Assembly: GCA_965208125.1 (NCBI GenBank)
Contig: OZ242320.1
Coordinates: 3,616,001 to 3,680,000 of the forward strand
Length of the DNA: 64,000 nt
Reading direction: 5' to 3'
Origin: Candidatus Latescibacterota bacterium
Lineage (GTDB): Bacteria > Latescibacterota > UBA2968
This document shows, in pieces, positions 8,265-17,626 of the stretch. The translations under genes and the position numbers were made by a program. Positions within the stretch are counted from its first letter, which is position 1. Every line of letters starts with the position of its first letter. A model generated the notes under the pieces. That model searched no databases, was not told where the DNA came from, and saw nothing but the letters and a program-made list of their open reading frames with translations.

Positions 8265-9344
8265 GTGAAAATTATTCTTGTTGCGGGTGCGCGGCCCAAT
8301 TTTATGAAAGTTGCCCCGCTGTGGAATAGACTGATCAAGATGCCCGATGTGTTTGATCCGATTTTGGTGCATACGGGACAACACTATGACGATTTTATGT
8401 CCGAGATTTTTTTTCGAGACTTAAATCTTCCCAGGCCACATTATGAATTAAATGTGGGGTCGGGCAGTCACGCGTACCAGACAGCGCAGATCATGATGGG
8501 ATTTGAGGATGTTTTACTTCAAGAAAGGCCGGATTGGGTTCTTGTCGTTGGCGATGTAAATTCCACTCTGGCATGTGCGATGGATGCAGCAAAATTGCAA
8601 ATCCCCGTTGGACACATAGAGGCAGGGTTGAGAAGCAGGGATAGGTCAATGCCCGAAGAGATCAATCGGCTCGTTGTGGATGCCATATCCGATCTTTTGT
8701 TTGCACCTTCGATGCAGGCGTGTGAAAATCTGAGGCGCGAAGGCATAGAAGAGAGCCGCATTCATTTTGTGGGCAATGTGATGATAGATTCCCTTGTGTT
8801 GCTATCTCCCAAAGCCGATGAATCCCGCATTCTGGATATACACGGTTTATCAGTTCAAGAGTACGTTTTTCTGACTCTCCATCGAGCCTCAAATGTCGAT
8901 TGCCCAGATACGTTGGCTGGCATTGTATCCGCGTTGCAAACCTTCAAATGTCCAATCGCCTGGCCTTTACATCCGAGAACCCGCAATCGCCTATCCCAAT
9001 TTGGTTTTTTGCAAAGGCTTGAGATGATGGACAATATCAAACTTATGGATCCGGTGGGCTATCTCGATTCTTTAAAACTTCAGAAGAATGCAAAATGTGT
9101 GATGACAGATTCTGGAGGATTGCAAGAAGAGACGACGGCTTTGGGTGTGCCGTGTTTGACGCTTAGAGAGCATACAGAACGCCCAGAGACTATAGATATT
9201 GGGACGAATACACTTGTGGGTGTTTGTCCCGAACGCATTGTTGCAGAGGCTGAATCTGTTTTGAAAGGGCACTATAAATCCGGTCGCTTGCCCGAGTTGT
9301 GGGATGGCAATACCGCAGAGCGAATTGTTGCTTTGCTTTGTTGA
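8265..9344 (+). CDS. wecB: UDP-N-acetylglucosamine 2-epimerase (non-hydrolysing)
   Basis: Motifs GARPNFMK, HTGQHYD, GDVNST, HIEAGLRS, PEEINR, TDSGGLQEE, TERPET. GTG 8265 with AGGAG RBS. Confidence 0.95.
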   Translation: MKIILVAGARPNFMKVAPLWNRLIKMPDVFDPILVHTGQHYDDFMSEIFFRDLNLPRPHYELNVGSGSHAYQTAQIMMGFEDVLLQERPDWVLVVGDVNSTLACAMDAAKLQIPVGHIEAGLRSRDRSMPEEINRLVVDAISDLLFAPSMQACENLRREGIEESRIHFVGNVMIDSLVLLSPKADESRILDIHGLSVQEYVFLTLHRASNVDCPDTLAGIVSALQTFKCPIAWPLHPRTRNRLSQFGFLQRLEMMDNIKLMDPVGYLDSLKLQKNAKCVMTDSGGLQEETTALGVPCLTLREHTERPETIDIGTNTLVGVCPERIVAEAESVLKGHYKSGRLPELWDGNTAERIVALLC

Positions 9345-9440
9345 CGTATGGCGTACGCCAAGTTCTCAATTGTGTCAGAAATGTAATTTCTCTATAATTG
9401 TATGAAGAGGAAGTATATTAAAAAAAGAGGCTGTAACAGG

Positions 9441-9854
9441 ATGGCAGAAAAAACAGACGAAGAAAGGGTGTCTATTTGGAGCACAGGAGATAAAGAAAGA
9501 ATATGGTTTATATCCTTAGCCTCGGCATTCTTTTATACTTCACTTATACTGATTCTTTGGCACAAAATTATTGAAGTTGATTACAATGCGATTGTTGAAG
9601 TAATCAATGTCATAGGATCTGCAAGTCTTGCTGCCATAGCATTAGCATTCTTCATTATAGAGGGGGTAAATCTTATGATTATTCCAGTTGAAAAATATCG
9701 CCAAAAACAACGACAGAAAGGTCGACAGGAGGGTCGGCGAGAAGAGCGGCAAAAGATTTTTAAAGCAATAGAGTTGGCCTGTCCGGAGGTTGATATAGAG
9801 GCCATCCGTGCTGCATTAGAAGACCAGAATAGGAGTGCAGAAAACAGTAAATGA
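9441..9854 (+). CDS. Hypothetical membrane protein with charged GRQEGRREE tail
   Basis: Two hydrophobic segments followed by RQKQRQKGRQEGRREERQ. AT-rich coding sequence. Start could be 9402 or 9441. Confidence 0.65.
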   Translation: MAEKTDEERVSIWSTGDKERIWFISLASAFFYTSLILILWHKIIEVDYNAIVEVINVIGSASLAAIALAFFIIEGVNLMIIPVEKYRQKQRQKGRQEGRREERQKIFKAIELACPEVDIEAIRAALEDQNRSAENSK

Positions 9855-9886
9855 TTGCGCCAGAAGACGAAAGATATCTGTAAAAT

Positions 9887-9929
9887 AAAATAGCCCGTGT
9901 TAAATACATCAACGCGGGCTATTTTGTTT
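9887..9929. terminator. Bidirectional rho-independent terminator
   Basis: aaaatagcccgtgtt / aacgcgggctatttt hairpin between convergent genes. Confidence 0.8.
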
Positions 9930-9967
9930 GATATTTTACCATTAACGGGATAAGCACATGGGGCATG

Positions 9968-10819
9968 TCAAGGCATCACAGCTTCTTTCCCCTGATATTC
10001 TCGGATCCAGCCTTTTAATGGCACGTCCTCTTCTGTTGGGGATGTGTAGCCGTGAATGCCCGATGGAGAATGCCGGCACATTTGCTTTCGGATTGGACTT
10101 AGTTCATCCCAGAAATTTTCCACATTGCATTCGCCGCGGGCTTGAAGCCAGCGATAAGCGTAGCCGTAGAAGAGCACCTTGCGGGGTTGTGTCCAGTAAT
10201 TTGCACTTGCCGAATGCCACAATCGACGGTCAAAAATAACGGCTGTACCCCGGGGGGCGAGGATGGGTACGGCGCGTTTTACCATCTGATTGCGATTTCC
10301 GTTCGGCCAATTCATTTTATTTTTTAACTGGCTTCCCGGAATGACGTGAAAATTGCCGCGTCCCGGTTCACTTGTATCCGATAGGAAGTAGGCCACTTTG
10401 ACCGATAAGCGAGGCCTCGGGTTTGTCTCCATCTCTTGATTCACGCGCCCGGTATCTTGATGCCAGCCGATCCCCAAACCGCGTTTGCTATCTGGTGGTT
10501 CGGGAGGTGTCACGTTCAGGTGTGCCAGATAGATTTGAATATTCCATCCCAAAATTCCCCAAACTTTTGGGAATGTGGTGTAGTGATCTATCAGGTCAAT
10601 AAACACTTGATCCCGCCCCAGAAAGTCGCGTTCGTGAACACGCTTATGGGGTTCGATTTTTTGCTTTTCGCGTTCTTCGGCATTGACGCGATCAACTGCT
10701 TTGGTCAGTTGTCTTCTCTTGGCGTCGCTCAGCGCGTTTTCAATGATGAGATAACCCCGATCGTCAAATTCGAGCCGTTCGTCTTCTGTCAGGCAATGGT
10801 GTAGCCAGCGTCTGTTCAT
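9968..10819 (-). CDS. Phytanoyl-CoA dioxygenase (PhyH) family Fe/2OG oxygenase
   Basis: FDDRGYLIIENAL, WHQD, VIPGSQ, IFDRRLWHS motifs. Confidence 0.9.
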   Translation of the reverse strand: MNRRWLHHCLTEDERLEFDDRGYLIIENALSDAKRRQLTKAVDRVNAEEREKQKIEPHKRVHERDFLGRDQVFIDLIDHYTTFPKVWGILGWNIQIYLAHLNVTPPEPPDSKRGLGIGWHQDTGRVNQEMETNPRPRLSVKVAYFLSDTSEPGRGNFHVIPGSQLKNKMNWPNGNRNQMVKRAVPILAPRGTAVIFDRRLWHSASANYWTQPRKVLFYGYAYRWLQARGECNVENFWDELSPIRKQMCRHSPSGIHGYTSPTEEDVPLKGWIREYQGKEAVMP

Positions 10820-10832
10820 AGCGTATCTCCTT

Positions 10833-11300
10833 TCAAGAAAAGAGGTTGGCCTTCCTTTTTTTTCGATCCAGAATATAAAATTTGATAAGCCCTATCCCGC
10901 CGATCAGACCACAGGGGATTACAATGAAGCGGTACATTGATACTTCATCATATCGAAGCGATGCACCGGTCGCGCCCATTGTCGCTACGACAAATGACAG
11001 GTGAATGAGTTTTTGAGATAGGTTTTTATTTACAAAGGTTGAGATCAGAATCAACGCGAGTGCGGTGTGGAAAATGACAAATCCCGCATAACCGTTTCGC
11101 ACGGCGAGATCGAATTGCCAATCATAGCGATAAATCCATACCATGAGCACATGTACCAGAATGATGAGTGCTATAGCGCGCCACAGCGTGGTCGGATGTT
11201 GTCCTCGCAGGGTGAGTACGACCACAGTGGTTAAGCCCACATATCCTGTGATAGCCAATAAAAAAGTGATGAAAATTTCCGTTGTTCCTGTCCCTACCAT
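10833..11300 (-). CDS. Hypothetical integral membrane protein (~5 TM)
   Basis: Several hydrophobic helices. GGAG upstream of ATG 11300. Confidence 0.65.
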   Translation of the reverse strand: MVGTGTTEIFITFLLAITGYVGLTTVVVLTLRGQHPTTLWRAIALIILVHVLMVWIYRYDWQFDLAVRNGYAGFVIFHTALALILISTFVNKNLSQKLIHLSFVVATMGATGASLRYDEVSMYRFIVIPCGLIGGIGLIKFYILDRKKRKANLFS

Positions 11301-11410
11301 CAAACGATTCTCCCATCCCATAGCTCTGTGTCGCGTTTGATATGCAATATATGGCATGATATTCTGAGGACAAGAGCGTTTCACAGGGCAAGCCGAGGAG
11401 TATAATACAA

Positions 11411-11448
11411 AACGGGTTATGACGTATTGTCATAACCCGTTGTTTTTT
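11411..11448. terminator. Terminator downstream of tRNA-Thr
   Basis: Perfect 13-bp stem aacgggttatgac/gtcataacccgtt with T tails. Confidence 0.8.
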
Positions 11449-11449
11449 G

Positions 11450-11525
11450 TGGAGCCGCCCAGCGGACTCGAACCGCTGACCGCCTGATTACAAATCAGGT
11501 GCTCTACCAGCTGAGCTAGGGCGGC
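11450..11525 (-). tRNA. tRNA-Thr(TGT)
   Basis: Reverse complement GCCGCCCTAGCTCAGCTGGTAGAGCACCTGATTTGTAATCAGGCGGTCAGCGGTTCGAGTCCGCTGGGCGGCTCCA is 76 nt, folds as a cloverleaf, has anticodon TGT and an encoded CCA. Confidence 0.97.
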
Positions 11526-11572
11526 TGGTCGTCAAAGATATACAAGCGGACTATTTTTGGCAACTCTTACCT

Positions 11573-12655
11573 TTAAAAAAAAGAGGTTTTGTGTTTTTGT
11601 TCGCGTTCGTAGCGTTCAATGCCCAGTTGGATGAGGCGATCAATCAATTCCGAATAAGAAATGCCACTGGCTTCCCACAGCTTGGGATACATGCTGATCC
11701 GCGTAAAGCCCGGAATGGTATTGATTTCGTTTACCACAAAGGTGCCATCGTTTTTTAAAAAGAAATCCGCGCGTGCCATGCCCTCACAGCACAGGACTTG
11801 AAATGTGCGAATGGCAAGGGCCTGTACTCGTTTTACCGCTTCTTCGGATAAATTAGCGGGGATGTGCAATACGGCGCCTTTTTCATCCAGATATTTTGCT
11901 TCGTAAGAATAAAACTCGTGCTGAGGCAAGATTTCGCCAGGGATTGAGACAATGGGCGTTTCGTTGCCCAATACCGAACATTCGATTTCTCGACCCTCGA
12001 CAAAAGCCTCAATCAGTACCTTCTTGTCGTATCGAAATGCTTCTTTTAACGCGGGGATTAGCGCGCTTTTGTCGTGTACTTTACTCACGCCGACTGATGA
12101 GCCTAAATTTGCCGGCTTTACAAATAGGGGTAAACCAAGTTCTGAAATGATATCACTTACATCCAGATTGTCCAATTGGAATTGAAGTACTGTTCGCCAC
12201 GCGGCAACGGGAATACTGGCATCGCGCAACAAGCGTTTCATGACGTCCTTGTCCATTCCCACAGCTGAGCCGAGTACATCGGCACCTACATAGGGGACAT
12301 CGGCCAATCTCAAAAATCCCTGTACTGTGCCGTCTTCTCCCAGTGGCCCGTGCAAGACGGGAAAAACCACATCGACCGAGTCGGATGCAGACTTCCCTAC
12401 GAGTTCACCGCGCCCTTCTGGCATCAATGTAATCAGCGCGTTTTGATCTGCGCCAGAGAGGCCCTCTGTATTGGCTTCTGGCAATAGTTGTTCGGCCTCG
12501 TTTAAGAACCATTGACCCGATTTGTCGATTCCTATTGGCACGACTTCGTATTTGGTTTTGTCAATGGCGTCAATGATGTTGCGCGCAGATTGCAGTGATA
12601 CTTCGTGCTCTGCTGATTTCCCGCCAAATAATATTCCCACGCGGATCTTTTTCAT
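11573..12655 (-). CDS. ddl: D-alanine--D-alanine ligase
   Basis: FGGKSAEHEVS, LHGPLGEDG, KPANLGSSVG, FYSYEAKY, NEINTIPG. ATGA overlap with dedA. Confidence 0.96.
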   Translation of the reverse strand: MKKIRVGILFGGKSAEHEVSLQSARNIIDAIDKTKYEVVPIGIDKSGQWFLNEAEQLLPEANTEGLSGADQNALITLMPEGRGELVGKSASDSVDVVFPVLHGPLGEDGTVQGFLRLADVPYVGADVLGSAVGMDKDVMKRLLRDASIPVAAWRTVLQFQLDNLDVSDIISELGLPLFVKPANLGSSVGVSKVHDKSALIPALKEAFRYDKKVLIEAFVEGREIECSVLGNETPIVSIPGEILPQHEFYSYEAKYLDEKGAVLHIPANLSEEAVKRVQALAIRTFQVLCCEGMARADFFLKNDGTFVVNEINTIPGFTRISMYPKLWEASGISYSELIDRLIQLGIERYEREQKHKTSFF

Positions 12656-13311
12656 TTTTCTCTTTGCTTTTTTTTTCGTCGCCACCACCAGAACCCGATT
12701 ATGCCTATAGCCATTAATATTGCCAGTATGCGATTATAAGTTTTCAGTACAGCGACTACGATTTGCCAGTTTTCACCGACCGTAAAGCCGAAGTAGATCA
12801 GCAGACTATTCCACAATAATGTGCCAAATAACACGTAAAGCGTCATGCGCAGGGGGTGCATCTGGCTGATGCCAGCCACAATGCCGACAAATATCCGCAC
12901 GGCGGGCAAAAATCGGTTGAAAATGACGATTTTGTCGCCATAGCGATTGAACCATGTTTCGGTGCGGTGCAGGTTTTCTTCATTTAAGAACTTTATATTC
13001 AACCGCAAGAAGAACGATCGCCCTTTTACAAATGCGATGGCGTAAAGAAGCAAACAGCCCACTGCGCTGCCTATCCACATTGCGAAATACGCAGGCCAGA
13101 CGGCGATTATCCCAATGCCAGCCAAATACGCGCCGAATACAATCAGGGTATCACCAGGAATGATAGGTACTATGTTCTCTAAAAAAGCACCCAGACATAA
13201 AAAAAAGTAAATCCACTCTGGCGGTTGGTCTCTCAAATAGGTGAGAAAAGAATTCCAGAGTTCGGTAAAGTAGGTGAGGAAAGAACCCCAGAGTTCAGTA
13301 AAGTACTCCAA
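12652..13311 (-). CDS. DedA family membrane protein
   Basis: LENIVPIIPGD, WFNRYG, RFLPAVR motifs. TTG start. Confidence 0.9.
   Translation of the reverse strand: MEYFTELWGSFLTYFTELWNSFLTYLRDQPPEWIYFFLCLGAFLENIVPIIPGDTLIVFGAYLAGIGIIAVWPAYFAMWIGSAVGCLLLYAIAFVKGRSFFLRLNIKFLNEENLHRTETWFNRYGDKIVIFNRFLPAVRIFVGIVAGISQMHPLRMTLYVLFGTLLWNSLLIYFGFTVGENWQIVVAVLKTYNRILAILMAIGIIGFWWWRRKKKQREK
13238..13303 (-). repeat. 33-bp tandem repeat (2 copies) in dedA 5' end
   Basis: taggtgagaaaagaattccagagttcggtaaag / taggtgaggaaagaaccccagagttcagtaaag encode YFTELW(G/N)SFLT twice. Confidence 0.9.
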
Positions 13312-13373
13312 TTGCGTATCCTTTGGATGTGATACCCGAGGCGATTACATTTTTGAATAAACTGCGCAAGAAG

Positions 13374-14540
13374 TCAATAACTTTTTATTAACGCTACCGC
13401 CTGTGATGCTATGCCTTCTTCGCGTCCGACAAAACCCAGATGTTCGGTTGTTGTTGCTTTTACCGATATAAGATCAACCGACACTTCCAATGCGCGTGCC
13501 ATGTTTTCGCGCATTTGTTCAATATACGGCGATAGCTTTGGCCGTTGCGCCATCACAGTTGCATCCACATTGAGTACCTGCGCGTGCGATTCTTTCAGGA
13601 TGTGGGCCACGCGTGCCAGCAATGTGAGACTCGAGATATCTTTGTACGCGGCGTCTGTATCGGGAAAGATCTGACCTATGTCGCCAGCACCCAGTGCGCC
13701 CAATAGGGCATCGATGACGACATGGGTCAATACATCTGCATCTGAGTGGCCCAGCAATCCTTTTTCGTGGGGAATGTGTACGCCACCCAAAATTAGTGCA
13801 CGGTCTTCTATGAGTTGATGTGCGTCATAGCCCTGGCCAATTCGCAATGTCGGTGTCACGTCACCTCGTTTTTCTAAAATGTACAACCCCATGTCGAGGT
13901 CTTCTGGCGATGTAATTTTAATATTGTCCGCTCGTCCGGGCACAATGGTTACTGCTTCGCCCAGACGCTCTACCAGAGCCGTGTCATCTGTACCCAGGTA
14001 TCCCGATTCGCGTGCAGCACGATGGGCGCGGAAGATCACATCGCGGCGAAATGCCTGGGGTGTTTGTACGGCTCGCAATGTCGATCTGTCCAGAGTTTTT
14101 GCGACTTGATCGCCCTGCACGCGTTTTATCGTGTCTGTTACTGGTGTGCCTAAAACAGCAGCACCGCGTTCTGCCGCTGCCAGAACCACGGCATTGATAT
14201 CTTCGGGTGTTACATAAGCCCGCGCGCCATCGTGGATAGCAACTATGTCGGCATCTTGCGGTATCGCCTGTAGTCCGCAGGCCACAGAATCCTGTCGTTC
14301 TGCACCGCCAGCGACCACATCGACGACTTTGGAAAATTTTTTCTTTTCGAATTGTTCTCGACAAGTATCGATGTCTTCACGCCCCACGACCAGCACAACG
14401 CGATCAATGCGGTCTGCGCGTTCAAACGCGGTCAATGCCCAGGCCAATACGGGACGTCCGGCAAGATCGAGAAATTGCTTTGGGATATGCGTGCCCATTC
14501 GCTTTCCCGACCCGGCAGCGAGAATGATGGCGTAGTTCAT
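13374..14540 (-). CDS. ispDF: Bifunctional IspD/IspF (MEP pathway)
   Basis: ILAAGSGKRMG, IHDGAR, QTPQ (IspD) followed by RIGQGYDAH, GHSDADV, KATTTE (IspF). Confidence 0.95.
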   Translation of the reverse strand: MNYAIILAAGSGKRMGTHIPKQFLDLAGRPVLAWALTAFERADRIDRVVLVVGREDIDTCREQFEKKKFSKVVDVVAGGAERQDSVACGLQAIPQDADIVAIHDGARAYVTPEDINAVVLAAAERGAAVLGTPVTDTIKRVQGDQVAKTLDRSTLRAVQTPQAFRRDVIFRAHRAARESGYLGTDDTALVERLGEAVTIVPGRADNIKITSPEDLDMGLYILEKRGDVTPTLRIGQGYDAHQLIEDRALILGGVHIPHEKGLLGHSDADVLTHVVIDALLGALGAGDIGQIFPDTDAAYKDISSLTLLARVAHILKESHAQVLNVDATVMAQRPKLSPYIEQMRENMARALEVSVDLISVKATTTEHLGFVGREEGIASQAVALIKSY

Positions 14541-14563
14541 GGTAAGTTTTCAGCTTTTTGCTC

Positions 14564-15745
14564 TTATGCGTTATACTGATCCTGTTCCCGTTTGGCCCAG
14601 TCGGCGTTGACAAACATGTTCAGGCCCGGATCGGCGTATATGCCGTCTATTTTGTCGCCATCGTGTTGTCGCAAGAAATCGATGTCGATCTCTACGCCCC
14701 AGCCCGGACCACCGGGCAACTCGAAATGACCATCTACGACTTCGGGGTACGGCGTTCCCGCGCGTTTGACGTGCTCATCTGCAAAGTCATTAAAATGTTC
14801 GAGCACTTTGCCATTGCGGAGGGTTGCCATCAGGTGAAGGGTCGCAACGGTGGTAATAATTCCGCCGACATTGTGCGGCGCGACCATCACATTGTAGGTT
14901 TCAGCCGTTGAGGCGATTTTCTTGGTTTCCAGCAGGCCGCCACACTGGTTCAAGTCTGGCTGGATGATATCCACGACCCGCATGGGAAACAGGTCTCTAA
15001 ATTCTGCGGCTTTGTAAAGCCGTTCTCCGGTCGCAATTGGAATGGATGTATGTTGCGCCACTTTGGTCAATGCGCCCAAATCTTCCGGACGCGTCGGTTC
15101 TTCAATCCATCCCGGGCGCAGGTGTTCAATTGCTTTGGCGATTTCGATGGCCTGATGCGCTGCAAACCGACCGTGCATTTCCACAAAAATTTGTACGCGA
15201 TCACCCACGACGGAATGCACGGCTTCGATCAATTCAATGGATTTGAAAAATTCGTCGCGCGTCAGTTCCAGATTGCCATTGCCAAACGGATCGAATTTTA
15301 GACCGATATATCCGCGGTCAATCACTTTTTGAGCTGCTCTGGCATATTCTTCTGGCGAACGTTCCACTGTGTACCAGCCATTTGCATACGCGGGCACGCG
15401 TTCAATGGTTTTGCCGCCGATCAGATTGTACACAGGCTGATTGGTCAATTTGCCAATGCAATCCCAGCACGCCATCTCTACGAGTGCCAGTCCCGTCATC
15501 ACAACTTCGCCCGGTACACCGAAATCGTGGAGTGTAAATCGGCAATAGAGATCTTCAATATCGTACACACTGTGCCCGATAAAATGACGTCTGGTGTCTT
15601 TCAGAAATTCCAGCACAGTATGTGTTTTACCCAGTACGCGCGCTTCGCCAACTCCGCGCGTGCCGTCTTCCAATTCGATAAATACATAAGTCAAATTGCG
15701 CCAGGGCGTTCCCAGCACATAAGTTTCGTAATTTTTGATTTTCAA
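14564..15745 (-). CDS. Mandelate racemase/enolase superfamily acid-sugar dehydratase (DgoD-like)
   Basis: YANGWY, KFDPFG, EMHGR, WIEEP, ATGER, APHN motifs. TTG 15745 with AAGGAG RBS. Confidence 0.88.
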   Translation of the reverse strand: MKIKNYETYVLGTPWRNLTYVFIELEDGTRGVGEARVLGKTHTVLEFLKDTRRHFIGHSVYDIEDLYCRFTLHDFGVPGEVVMTGLALVEMACWDCIGKLTNQPVYNLIGGKTIERVPAYANGWYTVERSPEEYARAAQKVIDRGYIGLKFDPFGNGNLELTRDEFFKSIELIEAVHSVVGDRVQIFVEMHGRFAAHQAIEIAKAIEHLRPGWIEEPTRPEDLGALTKVAQHTSIPIATGERLYKAAEFRDLFPMRVVDIIQPDLNQCGGLLETKKIASTAETYNVMVAPHNVGGIITTVATLHLMATLRNGKVLEHFNDFADEHVKRAGTPYPEVVDGHFELPGGPGWGVEIDIDFLRQHDGDKIDGIYADPGLNMFVNADWAKREQDQYNA

Positions 15746-15762
15746 GGGGTGCTCCTTTTTCG

Positions 15763-16800
15763 CTATAATATCATCATTGCATCGCCGTAGCTGTAAAACC
15801 GATAGGCTTCGCGCACGGCTTCCCCATATGCCCGCATCGCAAAATCGCGCCCCATGAATGCGGCGATGAGCATGAGCAAAGTGGATTCTGGCAGATGGAA
15901 ATTTGTGATTAGACCATCTACCAATCGAAAATTGTAGGGCGGATAGATAAAGATATGCGTCCAGTCCGAGCCGGATTTTAGTTGCCAATTCGATCCGATT
16001 TTCACTGCTGCAGACTCAAGTGTTCGCACCGATGTCGTTCCCACTGCTATGACGCGTCCGCCATTTGCCCGGCATCGGTTGATGGTTTCTGCTGCGCTTT
16101 CATCGATTTTCCAAAATTCCGCAGCCATGTTGTGATCGCGCACATCGTCTGCTTTCACGGGTTTGAATGTACCGGGTCCTACATGTAGCAGGATTCGCGC
16201 TAAACTTATGCCCAATGCTTCAATTTTGGCCAATAGGTCGGGAGTAAAATGAAGTCCTGCAGTGGGGGCGGCGACCGATCCGCGCACGCGCGCATAGACC
16301 GTCTGATACCGCTCTTTGTCAGAGGCGCGATCTTCCCGCCGAATATAGGGCGGCAATGGCACATGGCCATGCGTTTTTAGGAGTTCGTCAAGCGACCCTT
16401 TGCCCTCAAACCGAACGCGGCGGTTGCCCGAATCCAGTACATCTACGACAATGGCGATCAGATCAGATCCTTCAAAAGCAATTTCAGCCCCAACTCGCAA
16501 TCGCCGTCCGGGTCGCGCCATTGCTTCCCAGCTATCGCCATTGGGATGCAGGAGCAAAAGTTCTACCGCGCCTCTGGTGATTGGTCGGTATCCTTTTAAT
16601 CGTGCGGGAAATACCCGCGTTTCGTTCAATACCAGACAGTCACCTGCGCGCAAATAGTTCGGTAATTCTCGAAATGTTCGATGTGCAATCTCGCGATGCG
16701 TGCGATTTGCCACCATCAAGCGCGATCCATCGCGCTCAGCGGTTGGGTATTGTGCGATCAGGTGATTGGGCAATTCGTAATAAAATTCAGAACGCTTCAC
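15763..16800 (-). CDS. queA: SAM:tRNA ribosyltransferase-isomerase
   Basis: PLPPYI, YQTVYA, AAPTAGLHF, VGTTSVR, TNFHLP, YRFYSYGDAM. Confidence 0.96.
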   Translation of the reverse strand: MKRSEFYYELPNHLIAQYPTAERDGSRLMVANRTHREIAHRTFRELPNYLRAGDCLVLNETRVFPARLKGYRPITRGAVELLLLHPNGDSWEAMARPGRRLRVGAEIAFEGSDLIAIVVDVLDSGNRRVRFEGKGSLDELLKTHGHVPLPPYIRREDRASDKERYQTVYARVRGSVAAPTAGLHFTPDLLAKIEALGISLARILLHVGPGTFKPVKADDVRDHNMAAEFWKIDESAAETINRCRANGGRVIAVGTTSVRTLESAAVKIGSNWQLKSGSDWTHIFIYPPYNFRLVDGLITNFHLPESTLLMLIAAFMGRDFAMRAYGEAVREAYRFYSYGDAMMIL

Positions 16801-16846
16801 TGGACGAGTTTTTGAAAAAGTGAGAATATGGCAGTACGGCGTCATT

Positions 16847-17626
16847 TCATTCAAAGAGCGATGGGAAGTGACGAAGGGGTTCTGCTGGCTCTCTGAAGAG
16901 TATCTGCTGACGCGGTGTCAGTTCTGTGTTGGTTGGCGGTTGTACGCGATTGGGTCTCCAGGCTGTATGCGCTACGCAATATTTGTAGAGGAGAGAGCGG
17001 CGTTCGTGCTTGCCGTACCAGGCCGATGTCCCGTGTGTTAGAGCTTCGGTAAATAAAATAGCGGAGCCAGCGGGTGCCTGTGGAATGATTATAAGGGGCG
17101 ATTTTTCAGGGGCATCGAATATCTTTTGGGGCAATCGGTAGTTGCTTTTGTGACTGCCGGGAATGCAGCAGAATCCCCCGTGGTCTGGCCCTGCGTCTGT
17201 GAGGCTCCACGCTACAACCAGGAATCCGTCGGTTATCTCGTGTTTGGGAAAATTAAAGTATTTGCCCGGCATTGATCCCGAAATGGGTGACATGGCACCG
17301 TAGTCGGCGTGCAGACGCCCTCTTCCCATGCCCGCTTTCATGTACATGCCATAGAGGCGGTCAAGACGAAAGCAGTCGCCCAATCGGAAGCGCAATATGG
17401 GCATAATTTGAGGGTGGTCGAGGAGTTCGCAAAAGGGTTTTCCCCATTGCAGAAAGCCCGGCCCGTCAGGTGCGCTGCCAAATCGCTGCGTTTTGCCCGG
17501 TGGGGGCAGTTTTTGTTGGTCAAATAGTTCATTGAGTGTTGCTACTTCGTCTGCGTTTAAGACATTTTCAACGACGAGGTAGCCCTGCAAGTCGAGCAAA
17601 TACTGTTGTATTTCAAGGTCTTCCAT
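16847..17626 (-). CDS. PhyH family Fe/2OG oxygenase
   Basis: DLQGYLVV, LHAD, CIPGSHKSN, FTEALTHG. AGGAG RBS before ATG 17626. Confidence 0.88.
   Translation of the reverse strand: MEDLEIQQYLLDLQGYLVVENVLNADEVATLNELFDQQKLPPPGKTQRFGSAPDGPGFLQWGKPFCELLDHPQIMPILRFRLGDCFRLDRLYGMYMKAGMGRGRLHADYGAMSPISGSMPGKYFNFPKHEITDGFLVVAWSLTDAGPDHGGFCCIPGSHKSNYRLPQKIFDAPEKSPLIIIPQAPAGSAILFTEALTHGTSAWYGKHERRSLLYKYCVAHTAWRPNRVQPPTNTELTPRQQILFREPAEPLRHFPSLFE

Noticed and set aside
1-11525. Genomic island integrated at the tRNA-Thr 3' end carrying the RiPP cluster
   Set aside because: The orientation is compatible, but no integrase or duplicated tRNA end is visible, and ordinary genes lie between. It cannot be supported without upstream sequence.
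15746-15988. Long N-terminal extension of the enolase-family gene
   Set aside because: It overlaps queA; the RBS and homology point to TTG 15745.
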